The position numbers and the translations under genes are program-made. From NCBI GenBank assembly GCA_963836045.1, contig CAWIIC010000004.1, positions 77,283 to 141,282 on the forward strand: a stretch of 64,000 nucleotides of DNA. The letters run 5' to 3'. Source of the stretch: an uncultured Pseudomonadota bacterium (GTDB taxonomy: Bacteria; Chloroflexota; UBA5177; JAJPKF01). Under the pieces are notes generated by a model that made no database searches, had not been told where the DNA came from, and saw only the letters and a list, made by a program, of their open reading frames with translations. Positions within the stretch are counted from its first letter, which is position 1, and the number at the start of each line of letters is the position of its first letter. Positions 55,892 through 64,000 of this stretch are shown piece after piece.

Positions 55892-57081
55892 CGGTTCGGA
55901 ATCAACAGGCGCAGGCTCGAGTCGGGCAGCTGGTATGGCTAGCACTGGCGAGCTTGGGGGCCGTACTGTGGCTTGCCGGACCGGCAACCCAGTCGGAGCG
56001 GATACGAAACATCTGCCGCCCAACAGCCTGCGCCGTTTACCAGCTCGATGCATCGGCGGCGAACACGCTGAGCGGCCACGGCATCTCACTCACAACCTAT
56101 GCAATCTTCACCGTCGCCGTTCTGGGGGCGTTGTCCGTACTCTGGTACGGGCTGGCCGGACTGATCATGTGGCGGAGGCCGACAGATCGCGGGGCGGTAG
56201 CGGCAGCCTTCTTTCTTGTCCTGTTCCCATTGTTGGAAGTGGCTGCCTGGATTCCGTCCGCCCCAGGACTCGTGCAGACCTTGCTGCCGGCTATAGGGAT
56301 CGCCGTTCTCTTCATCTTTTGCCTGCTCTTCCCAGATGGGAACTTTGCGCCAAGGTGGACGATATGGCTGGTTCCCGTCTGCCTCCTCGGCGGGCTGTCC
56401 ACATTCTTCCCCAACGCGCTCCACGCGGTGGTATTTCTCATCGTCCTGGCAAGCATCGTCGGGGCTCAGGTCAGCCGCTACCGTTCGATATCTTCGTGGA
56501 CTGAACGCCAGCAGACAAAGTGGGCGCTCTTTGGGCTGATAACGGCCATTGTAGGCTTTGCGGGTCTCGCTCTGGGATTCGTGCTGCTGCCCGCCACTCA
56601 GAGCGGACATGGATCCCTATTCTTGAGCTTCGCCGCCAGCACCGGCTTGGCTCTGGTCTCTTCCGCCATACCGATCACGATCGGAGTCGCGGTTCTTAGA
56701 TACCATCTCTGGGACATCAATCGCGTCATCAGCGTGGCGCTGGTTTACACTTCTCTGACCGTGATATTGGGCGGCATCTATATCGGGGGTGTCATTGGTT
56801 TACAGGCTCTCCTGCAAGTATTCGCCGGAAACACCTCTCAGGTGGCCATCGCCCTGTCGACCCTGGCCATCGCCGCGCTCTTTGGGCCCCTAAGAAGGCG
56901 GATCCAGACTGAGATAGACCGGCGATTCTACCGTCGCAAGTACGACGCAGTGAGAACCCTCGCCGCGTACGGCGAGCACCTGCGGGCCGAGACGGATCTG
57001 GAGCAGTTTCGCCGGGATCTCACATCGATAGTCGCGGAGACCTTCCAACCAGAGCATGTATCTCTCTGGTTACGGAAGTGA
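55888..57081 (+). CDS. Paralog of the preceding membrane protein
   Basis: Same topology and the same C-terminal module (IDRRFYRRKYDAVRTLAAYGEHLRAETDLEQFRRDLTSIVAETFQPEHVSLWLRK). The start is placed at GTG 55888, which overlaps the upstream stop (GTGA). The ORF-track start at 55831 lies inside the upstream gene. Confidence 0.68.
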   Translation: MTVRNQQAQARVGQLVWLALASLGAVLWLAGPATQSERIRNICRPTACAVYQLDASAANTLSGHGISLTTYAIFTVAVLGALSVLWYGLAGLIMWRRPTDRGAVAAAFFLVLFPLLEVAAWIPSAPGLVQTLLPAIGIAVLFIFCLLFPDGNFAPRWTIWLVPVCLLGGLSTFFPNALHAVVFLIVLASIVGAQVSRYRSISSWTERQQTKWALFGLITAIVGFAGLALGFVLLPATQSGHGSLFLSFAASTGLALVSSAIPITIGVAVLRYHLWDINRVISVALVYTSLTVILGGIYIGGVIGLQALLQVFAGNTSQVAIALSTLAIAALFGPLRRRIQTEIDRRFYRRKYDAVRTLAAYGEHLRAETDLEQFRRDLTSIVAETFQPEHVSLWLRK

Positions 57082-58493
57082 AGCATCTAGCGTATGATGC
57101 TGTCGTCGTGGGAGCGGGGCCCAACGGCTTGGCCGCGGGCATCGAGATGGCTCGGGCCGGCCGCCACACCCTGCTGATCGAGGCCGGGGATTCAATAGGG
57201 GGCGCGGCGCGCTCGGAACAGCTCACTCTTCCCGGATTCGTGCACGACATCGGGGCTGCCATTACGCCACTCGCTATCGCATCCCCGTTCATGCAAAGGC
57301 TCCCCTTGCAAGAATTCGGGGTGGAGTGGATTCGGCCTCCAGTCGCCGTGGCGCATCCTCTGGATGGTGGAGCTGCCGCGTTACTCAACCGATCGATCGA
57401 GTCGACGGCGGCGGCTTTGGGAGTAGATCGCACTCGGTATCAGCAAGTCATCCGGCCCCTCGTCGAAGATTGGCCAAAGCTGGCAGGGACACTGCTGGGC
57501 CCTCCTCGTTTACCGAGCCATCCTCTCGCCCTGGCCAGGTTCGGGGCCCTGGGAATATGGCCATCCACCACCATGACACGAGCGGTTTTTCGAGAGCAGG
57601 CGACGCGGGCGTTGATGAGCGGGCTCGCCAGCCATGCGGTCTTGCCATTGAACCACGTAGCAACCGCAGGGTTTGCGCTGCTGTTCGCCGTCACGGGACA
57701 CACCACCGGCTGGCCGTTTCCGGCCGGGGGAATGCAGAACCTGTCAAATGCCATGGGACGCTACTTCGAGTCCCTCGGGGGCGAAATCGTCACCGGCATG
57801 CCAATAACTTCGCTTTCAGAGATTCCCAGCGCGAAGAGCATTCTTCTAGATGTGACGCCATGGCAGCTCGACGCTCTTGCAGGCGACAAGCTGCCCGGGC
57901 GATACCGTAGAAAGCTGCGGCGGTTCCGGCATGGAGTCGGAGTGTTCAAGGTCGATTATGCACTTTCGGCGCCGATTCCATGGACATCGTCGGGTGTGGC
58001 GCAGGCCGGCACCGTGCACGTCGGCGGCACGCTCGATGAGGTAGCGGCATCCGAGGCGCTCGTGGCACGCGGCGGCCATCCCGAGCGCCCCTTCGTGTTA
58101 CTGGCGCAGCAATCTCTTTTTGACCCGACCCGCGCTCCCCGTGGACGCCATACGGCCTGGGCGTACTGCCACGTCCCGAACGGGTCAACGGTGAACATGG
58201 CCGGTAGAATCGATGCGCAGATCGAACGCTTTGCGCCCGGCTTCCGAGACACCATCCTGGCGAGGCACACACTGAGTCCGGCCGATCTACAGAGGATCGA
58301 CCGAAATTTGGTTGGTGGGGACATCACAGGAGGCGTGCAGGATCTCCGTCAGATGGCAGCTCGACCGGTCCTCAGCTCAAATCCCTATGCCACCCCTCTG
58401 CCGGGCGTGTTCATTTGTTCGTCATCGACGCCCCCCGGTGGCGGCGTCCATGGGATGTGTGGCTTCTGGGCGGCGCGTGCGGCCCTGAAGTAG
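57078..58493 (+). CDS. FAD-dependent oxidoreductase of the phytoene-desaturase (CrtI-like) family
   Basis: 471 aa. YDAVVVGAGPNGLAAGIEMARAGRHTLLIEAGDSIGG dinucleotide-binding motif. C-terminal ...PGVFICSSSTPPGGGVHG. Confidence 0.83.
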   Translation: MKHLAYDAVVVGAGPNGLAAGIEMARAGRHTLLIEAGDSIGGAARSEQLTLPGFVHDIGAAITPLAIASPFMQRLPLQEFGVEWIRPPVAVAHPLDGGAAALLNRSIESTAAALGVDRTRYQQVIRPLVEDWPKLAGTLLGPPRLPSHPLALARFGALGIWPSTTMTRAVFREQATRALMSGLASHAVLPLNHVATAGFALLFAVTGHTTGWPFPAGGMQNLSNAMGRYFESLGGEIVTGMPITSLSEIPSAKSILLDVTPWQLDALAGDKLPGRYRRKLRRFRHGVGVFKVDYALSAPIPWTSSGVAQAGTVHVGGTLDEVAASEALVARGGHPERPFVLLAQQSLFDPTRAPRGRHTAWAYCHVPNGSTVNMAGRIDAQIERFAPGFRDTILARHTLSPADLQRIDRNLVGGDITGGVQDLRQMAARPVLSSNPYATPLPGVFICSSSTPPGGGVHGMCGFWAARAALK

Positions 58494-58496
58494 TTG

Positions 58497-58524
58497 TCAG
58501 TTTTCAGTTTTCAGTTTTCAGTTC
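58497..58524. repeat. Heptanucleotide tandem repeat (TCAGTTT) x 4, last unit imperfect
   Basis: Read directly: tcagttt tcagttt tcagttt tcagttc. It lies in the convergent intergenic region after the oxidoreductase stop. Confidence 0.9.
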
Positions 58525-58650
58525 CAGCGACCGCGATCTCCCGGGCTACGGGAGGGCGGGTTGCGGTGGTCGTTGGGAGCTCTAAGGCCATTTTTCGAGC
58601 TCGTTGTACGTTCAGTATTGGCCAGCTGGAATGAAGCTAGTGAGCGGCCG

Positions 58651-61542
58651 TCACCACTCGGTTAGCATCCAGACTTGCGGACGAAACTCTCCCGCTTCGA
58701 CGCCGATCTCCGCATAGATCGCAACGGCCTTCTTCAACTGCTCCATCGCCTCGTCGGTCTGTCCTGAGGCGTGCATAAGATCGGCCATGGCGTTGTGGAG
58801 GGCGGCCTCACGATGACGGTCGCCGAACGAAATGGAGAGAGATAATGCCTCCGCGGTCAGGCGCCGTGCCTTCTCGACGTCGCCCTGACGATAGTAAAGC
58901 ACGGCCAGATTCTGGAACGCGGATAGAAAGGTCGCCGAATCCGAGGCCTGGCGGGCCAGATCAACCCCGACTTTCAGATGCTCTTCGGCTGCCGGGTAGC
59001 GCCCGAGGTTGCTCTCCAGCACGCCCATGATGTTGTGGGCAACGGCGAGAGACCGAGTATCTCCACCCTTGATCGCCAGGTCGTACGCTCTCCGAGCGAG
59101 ATCGAGAGCGCGTTGACCATCCGCCCGGTGATAGACAGCCATGCTCCACCCGGAGTAGATGCGAGCCTGCTCGGGCGTATAATCTTCGCCCAGTATCTGC
59201 AGCGCCTCCGAAAAATACTTCTCTGCTAGATCCGGCGACCCCCATCGATCATGAACGGCGCCCAGCTTCCGAGCCAGCTCTGCCTGACCAGGTCCGTCAG
59301 CCCTTTCCAGCGCCGCCCCATACTCCGACACGGCGTCGGAATAATCGCCCAGGAGAGCATGGACGTCGCCTAGTGACTCCTGCAGGCCTGGCCGGTCGGG
59401 ATGACCGAGCTCCAGTGCGTCTTCATAGTGGAGCAATGCCTCCCGAACAGCAAATAGCCCCAAAGCGTAGTCGCCGGCTTGCCTTGAGAAGTCGGCGGCC
59501 TGAGAGGCCATACCGGCTTCACGGTAGTGGTAGGCCGTCTGACCTGACTTTGAGTCATCACCGGCTCTTACCGTCGACACCAGAGCCTCGGCGGCACGCT
59601 TGTGCAGCAGCCTACGTCGTGCCAGGCTCGTGCGCCCGTACACGACGTCTCGGAGCTTGTCGTGTCGGAAATCATACATCGGTCCTGACCCCACTTCGCC
59701 GGGAAGCTCTCGCACCAAACCCCTTTCCTGGAGCTCCTCGAGCGCCGTGACAGTCGCCTCCTCATCGCGCCCAGACGTGATCTTAACAGTTTCAAAGTCA
59801 AAAGAACGGCCAATCACCGCGGCCGCGGTCAGGAACTGAGATGTGGTTTCGCTTATCAGGCTGACCCGTGAGTCCAAAAGATCCCACACGCCATGGGGCA
59901 GCGAGCGGTCGAGAGCTCCCTGCTCGAGGGCGGTAAGGTACTCGCCGAGTATGAAGGGCAGACCTTCACTCTCCTGGAATAGACGCTCCGCGGCATCCTC
60001 GCCGGCCCGGAGGGTGCCCGCGGGGACGGATGGCGCGACCATCTTCACGAGGTCCTCGACGCTCCGACGATCCAAGCGCTCGAGTTTGATGTCAGTCAGA
60101 AGGCCATTTCGTCGAGCCCCGGCCACGCGCCTGTGGAGAGCGGTAACGCGCTCCGCGTCATCATCGCGCCATGCCAGAACAACTCCGACGCGATGGCCTT
60201 CGACCCGTCTCATCACATAGGCAAGCCACTCCAGCGTTGCCTCGTCAGCCCATTGCAAGTCGTCAAGTGAAAAGATAAGAACCGGCGAAACCGAGAGTAG
60301 AACGCGGCTGATGCCGTCCAGGAATCGAGTGTGAGCGAATATTCGCTCCTCCTGCGAAAGTGGCGGGGGCGTAAGCGGAGGTTGGGTCGAGGCTATCTCC
60401 GGAAGGAGGCGGGCGACCTCGGCCAAGTCGCTTTGGGCGATCTCCGGCAGCCGATCCGTTAGATTCAATCGGTCCACTGCTGCCCGGAGCAGGTGTATCA
60501 ACGGACTGTAGGCCAGGTCTCTCTCGCCTTCGTAACATCGCGCGCTGAGAGTCACCGTGCCACTCTCTCGTGCGTGGCCCAGAAATTCCTCCAACAGCCG
60601 GGTCTTGCCAACACCTGCCTCACCTTCCACCACGACAACGCGCGGGCCGTCGGTAAGGTAGTCATGAGCAGACAGAATCGCCTGCCATTCCCTGGCCCTA
60701 CCGACGAGGGGCAGCCGCCCGAAGGTCGGGAGAGGACGATCTGTCTCCCCCGGCCCTTCGGCGACTATGGCCGTTCCACCTTCTCTGATCGAGGTGTACA
60801 ACGCGGTGGTCTCCTCGCCCGGCGGCAACGCCAGCTCTCGCTCGAGCAACTGCACGCATTCTTGGTACTGATGTATGGCGGCCGGCCGGTCGCCGGAGGC
60901 GCTATACACGCTCATCAGCAGCCGGTGAGCGGCCTCATTCAACGGGTCGAGTCCAAGCAGGCGATGGGCGAATCGTTCGGCTGAGTCAAACCGGCCGGAC
61001 GCGACCAGGCTCCAGCTCAAACTATCCAATGCGCCCGCCAAATCCCGGCGGTACGCCGCCGACCTGACCACCTGCCATTCGTCGAACTCAGGCGAGTCGC
61101 GCAGTGAGAAACCGGCCAGAAAGTCTCCTGTGTATAGCGCGGTCACTTCCTCCAGCCGCGACGTACACGGGGCACAGTCGCCTATGCGAGTATGCTCATG
61201 ACGGTGAACGGTCGAGAGGTTAGCGGAAAATCGAACAACATCCACGTCCACCCGGTCCTGCCGAAGCATCACCGCATCGCGGTCGGCTTCGAGGCATCCA
61301 TCGCCGAGAGCCATTCTGAGCGTCGACAGGGTGCGCCGCAGCGAGCCTCTGGCGGCCGCGGCGTCGGCTTCCGGCCACAATAGAACCGCGAGCTCTTCTC
61401 GCGACTGCCTGCGTTCAGAGGCCGAAAGGAAAGCGAGCAGAGCGATAGCCTTGCGTGTGTCGACATGCACTGGAGCACCTAGCCGCTCGATCCGAGGAGC
61501 GCCGAACAGTACTACCTGTACGGGAGCGCCGTTTATGTCCAA
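58651..61542 (-). CDS. SARP/AfsR-type regulator: winged-helix DNA-binding domain + BTAD + P-loop NTPase (STAND-like) + TPR repeats
   Basis: 963 aa. N-terminus VVLFGAPRIERLGAPVHVDTRKAIALLAFL...LLWPE. BTAD helices. Walker A VVVEGEAGVGKTRLLEEF. Multiple C-terminal TPR-like repeats. Confidence 0.88.
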   Translation of the reverse strand: MDINGAPVQVVLFGAPRIERLGAPVHVDTRKAIALLAFLSASERRQSREELAVLLWPEADAAAARGSLRRTLSTLRMALGDGCLEADRDAVMLRQDRVDVDVVRFSANLSTVHRHEHTRIGDCAPCTSRLEEVTALYTGDFLAGFSLRDSPEFDEWQVVRSAAYRRDLAGALDSLSWSLVASGRFDSAERFAHRLLGLDPLNEAAHRLLMSVYSASGDRPAAIHQYQECVQLLERELALPPGEETTALYTSIREGGTAIVAEGPGETDRPLPTFGRLPLVGRAREWQAILSAHDYLTDGPRVVVVEGEAGVGKTRLLEEFLGHARESGTVTLSARCYEGERDLAYSPLIHLLRAAVDRLNLTDRLPEIAQSDLAEVARLLPEIASTQPPLTPPPLSQEERIFAHTRFLDGISRVLLSVSPVLIFSLDDLQWADEATLEWLAYVMRRVEGHRVGVVLAWRDDDAERVTALHRRVAGARRNGLLTDIKLERLDRRSVEDLVKMVAPSVPAGTLRAGEDAAERLFQESEGLPFILGEYLTALEQGALDRSLPHGVWDLLDSRVSLISETTSQFLTAAAVIGRSFDFETVKITSGRDEEATVTALEELQERGLVRELPGEVGSGPMYDFRHDKLRDVVYGRTSLARRRLLHKRAAEALVSTVRAGDDSKSGQTAYHYREAGMASQAADFSRQAGDYALGLFAVREALLHYEDALELGHPDRPGLQESLGDVHALLGDYSDAVSEYGAALERADGPGQAELARKLGAVHDRWGSPDLAEKYFSEALQILGEDYTPEQARIYSGWSMAVYHRADGQRALDLARRAYDLAIKGGDTRSLAVAHNIMGVLESNLGRYPAAEEHLKVGVDLARQASDSATFLSAFQNLAVLYYRQGDVEKARRLTAEALSLSISFGDRHREAALHNAMADLMHASGQTDEAMEQLKKAVAIYAEIGVEAGEFRPQVWMLTEW

Positions 61543-61857
61543 GGCGTGCAGAACGTCATACGCGACTCCATCCTAGTGGCGCCCCGATCATGGTTTAGGG
61601 ACTCGTGGGCCTGGTTCTCGACCGAAAGTTAAGCACCGGGTTGTAAAGGTTCCGACCGTGTAACTTTTCACACCTCGCCGAGGGCCAGCGTGCACGCTCG
61701 AAACGAGTTTCCGCCAACCTTGGGTAAGGCTGAAAAACGCGGAAACACTTATTGGCGGACACAGTGGACTGCGGCCAGTGTATCAGAAACAGGTGCCTGG
61801 CAATTAAGCTCCTCCGGGGCCACAAAGGCAAGGGAGTGCCGCCCTAACCGGCCTGAG

Positions 61858-64000
61858 TCAGTCGGCGCCCTGCCCTGTTGTGTAACCCCACAGCTCAGCC
61901 CCCGTCCTTGCATTAAGGGCGTATATGTTGCCGTCGTTCGAGCCTACGTACACCACTCCCTCAATCACTTTTGGAGAGGACGCGACTCCTCCTCCAGTTC
62001 TGAAGCCCCAGAGCTTGGGCCCGGGCTTTCCGGTCAGCGCGTACACATTTCCACTTTCCGATCCGACGTACACCACGCCTTTAACTACCGCAGGGGAGGA
62101 ATCGACGGGTCCCCCCGTCTGGTAATACCAGCGCTGAGCACCGGTAGCTGCGCTTAGCGTGTACACGTTGCCGTCGTTGGAGCCCACATACAACAGGCCA
62201 TTCTGGATGACGGGCGCCGACGCGCCGTTTCCAGCGCTGCCTCCTCCGTCCCAGATCACGTGACCGTTCTTTGCATTTAGGGCGTAGAGAGGACCACCAG
62301 CTGAGCCCTCCGTGCTTACGTACACAACCCCATTGGCGAATGTCGGCGACGAGTAGACCCCGCAGAAGTGAACGTCACAGTTTGAAGCAGTGGCGTACCT
62401 CCACCGTATCGCTCCCGTCGAGGCACTTAGGGCGAATACATCATCATTCTGGCTCGAGTTGACACCTGCATACACCACTCCATGGACAACTCTTAGGGGC
62501 GATGCGACATTCATGTTGCCACCGGCGTCATAGCTCCACAGTTTCTTCCCCGTCGTTGCCTTCAGAGCGCGCACAGTTCCATCGCTTGATCCGACGTACA
62601 CGACGCCTTTAACCACGGTTGGTGATCCGTCAGCCCCGCGACTCCTCCAAATCTGCCTCCCAGTCTTTGCCCTCACGGCATACGAGCTTCCGTCCTCTGA
62701 GCCCACGTACACCACACCGTTGACTACCTTTGGTGAAGCTTCGATGCTTCCCCCTGTTCTGAAGTTCCACATCTTCTTCCCGGTCTTTGCGTTCAGAGCG
62801 TACAGATTGCCATCACCCGACCCTACGTAAACTGTTCCTTTGACTACTGCGGGAGAGGAGGAGACGGGACCGCCTGTGTTGTACTCCCAGTGCACGGCGC
62901 CGGTCGCGGCTTTGAGGGCGTATACCCTGTTCCAGCCAATGTACACAAGTCCACCAGCGACGGCAAAAGGCCCGACCGTGAACCCGTTACCCACCGCGAA
63001 GTTCCAAATTGCCGAACCGGTCCTGGCGTTCAGGGCAACTAAGTGGGAGTTATCCGTGACATACAAAACGCCGGCCGTCACACCGTCGATAGAGCCAAGG
63101 GTGCTGTAGATCCAGAGCTCAGTGCCCGTAGAGGCGTTCACTGCCAGCACGCCGGTGTCGTTTACGGCCACGTATACGACCCCATTGACCACTCGTGGAG
63201 TAGAAAATTCAGGGAAATTGGGCGTGGTGTAGCTCCATCTCACAGCGCCCGTCGAAGCATTCAGAGCGTACAGGTTCTTGTCGTCACACCCTATGTACAC
63301 AACACCGTTAACCACGGATGGATAGGTTGCGAGGAATGCTCCGAATTGATGGCTCCAGATCACGCGCCCCGTGAAGGCCCCAAGCGCATACACCTTGTTG
63401 TCATACGAGCTGAGATACGCCACGCCGTTGGCCACTACTGGAGCCTGCGCCACGTAGGAACCCGACTTGTAAAAACTCCAGAGCAAGGCTCCCGTGTTTG
63501 CGTTCACCGCATAAACCCAACCGCCTGAAGTGATATATGCCACGCCGTTGATCACCTCGGAGACCGGTCCAACGGTCGGGTAGGTGGAAAGCAAGGCTCC
63601 GGTTGTGGAGTTCAGGACGTAAACAAACTTGCCTTTGGTCAAGTAGGCCCGAGAGTCAACGACCGTCAAAATGGAGAGCCCGAGTCTGTAAAATGTCCAG
63701 ATCACCGCCCCGGTCTTTGCGTTGAGGGCCAAAATGTCCCTATCTGATGAGGTGACATACACCATATCATTGACAACGGCCGCGATAGACCGTCCGGTCG
63801 CATACCGCCACAGTTTGGTTCCCGTCGAAGCACTCAGGGCATAGACCCCCGAGAAAGAGCTGATGTACGCTACTCCGTTGACCACATTCGAGACGCCGTC
63901 GCCTCTTACTGAATGGGACGAGGCGCCTGCGAGGGAAGGTGGGGAGCTACTCCACGATGCCCCCTCGGCCGGCGTCAAGGCATGGGCGTCTTGAAGGGAT
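61858..64000 (-). CDS. Very large PQQ-like (BamB/YVTN-type) beta-propeller repeat protein; N-terminus probably outside the window
   Basis: More than 700 aa of the roughly 40-aa unit VVNGVVYVGS.DGN.YAL.A.TG...W, repeated about 17-18 times. The frame stays open upstream of the TTG at 63978 to the window edge. Confidence 0.85.
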   Translation of the reverse strand, partial: SLQDAHALTPAEGASWSSSPPSLAGASSHSVRGDGVSNVVNGVAYISSFSGVYALSASTGTKLWRYATGRSIAAVVNDMVYVTSSDRDILALNAKTGAVIWTFYRLGLSILTVVDSRAYLTKGKFVYVLNSTTGALLSTYPTVGPVSEVINGVAYITSGGWVYAVNANTGALLWSFYKSGSYVAQAPVVANGVAYLSSYDNKVYALGAFTGRVIWSHQFGAFLATYPSVVNGVVYIGCDDKNLYALNASTGAVRWSYTTPNFPEFSTPRVVNGVVYVAVNDTGVLAVNASTGTELWIYSTLGSIDGVTAGVLYVTDNSHLVALNARTGSAIWNFAVGNGFTVGPFAVAGGLVYIGWNRVYALKAATGAVHWEYNTGGPVSSSPAVVKGTVYVGSGDGNLYALNAKTGKKMWNFRTGGSIEASPKVVNGVVYVGSEDGSSYAVRAKTGRQIWRSRGADGSPTVVKGVVYVGSSDGTVRALKATTGKKLWSYDAGGNMNVASPLRVVHGVVYAGVNSSQNDDVFALSASTGAIRWRYATASNCDVHFCGVYSSPTFANGVVYVSTEGSAGGPLYALNAKNGHVIWDGGGSAGNGASAPVIQNGLLYVGSNDGNVYTLSAATGAQRWYYQTGGPVDSSPAVVKGVVYVGSESGNVYALTGKPGPKLWGFRTGGGVASSPKVIEGVVYVGSNDGNIYALNARTGAELWGYTTGQGAD

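Noticed and set aside
58497-58524. The heptamer tandem repeat, and the CCAT/ATGG repeats at 17742-17785, as CRISPR-like or other arrays.
   Set aside because: The units are 4-7 nt with no spacers, there are only 3-5 copies and no cas genes. They are simple-sequence repeats.
1-64000. Mobile genetic elements, prophage genes, tRNA or rRNA genes.
   Set aside because: I recognised no transposase, integrase, recombinase, phage structural protein, tRNA-like cloverleaf sequence or rRNA segment on either strand.

Overview
This is a 64 kb high-GC bacterial chromosomal window that is almost entirely protein-coding. I found no rRNA, tRNA, CRISPR array, transposase or integrase.

Gene content, left to right:
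- **1-7.4 kb:** a very GC-rich minus-strand operon. It joins a PqqD-like peptide chaperone, an HPr-kinase-like kinase and a nucleotidyltransferase to a small Ser/Thr/Tyr-rich LPETG protein, polysaccharide-priming enzymes and c-di-GMP-type signalling proteins.
- **7.5-13.5 kb:** a second nucleotidyltransferase, fused to a P-loop kinase, then a flippase, a glycoside-hydrolase-like protein and wecB.
- **13.6-19.5 kb:** housekeeping genes (XdhC-like, FAH hydrolase, folE, ychF, nucleoside phosphorylase, amidase).
- **19.7-20.6 kb:** an orphan HEPN-like gene.
- **20.9-26.0 kb:** a BMP-type ABC transporter.
- **26.3-37.2 kb:** an 11 kb aromatic amino acid supraoperon (aroF-tyrA-aroA-aroE-aroC-aroKB-aroQ-aroH-trpE-trpG plus an SDR). 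It is preceded by a Tyr-Trp-Tyr-Trp leader peptide and a terminator.
- **37.4-50.9 kb:** sulfatase, XRE and LacI regulators, an internally duplicated HAF-repeat/CHRD secreted protein, three more secreted proteins, an MMPL transporter, tatA and an FGGY sugar kinase.
- **51.3-53.7 kb:** a partner-switching module (PP2C phosphatase fused to an anti-sigma-type kinase, plus two STAS proteins).
- **53.9-64.0 kb:** a hypothetical protein, two paralogous membrane sensor-like proteins, a CrtI-like oxidoreductase, a SARP/BTAD-ATPase-TPR regulator and a very large PQQ-like beta-propeller protein.

At least ten reading-frame disruptions are visible in otherwise recognisable genes. Either the consensus contains indel errors or these genes are decaying.

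The best candidate for an undescribed system is the PqqD / HPr-kinase-like / nucleotidyltransferase cassette with an adjacent candidate substrate protein at 1-2694. All calls come from reading the translations and the DNA by eye. No database search was run.
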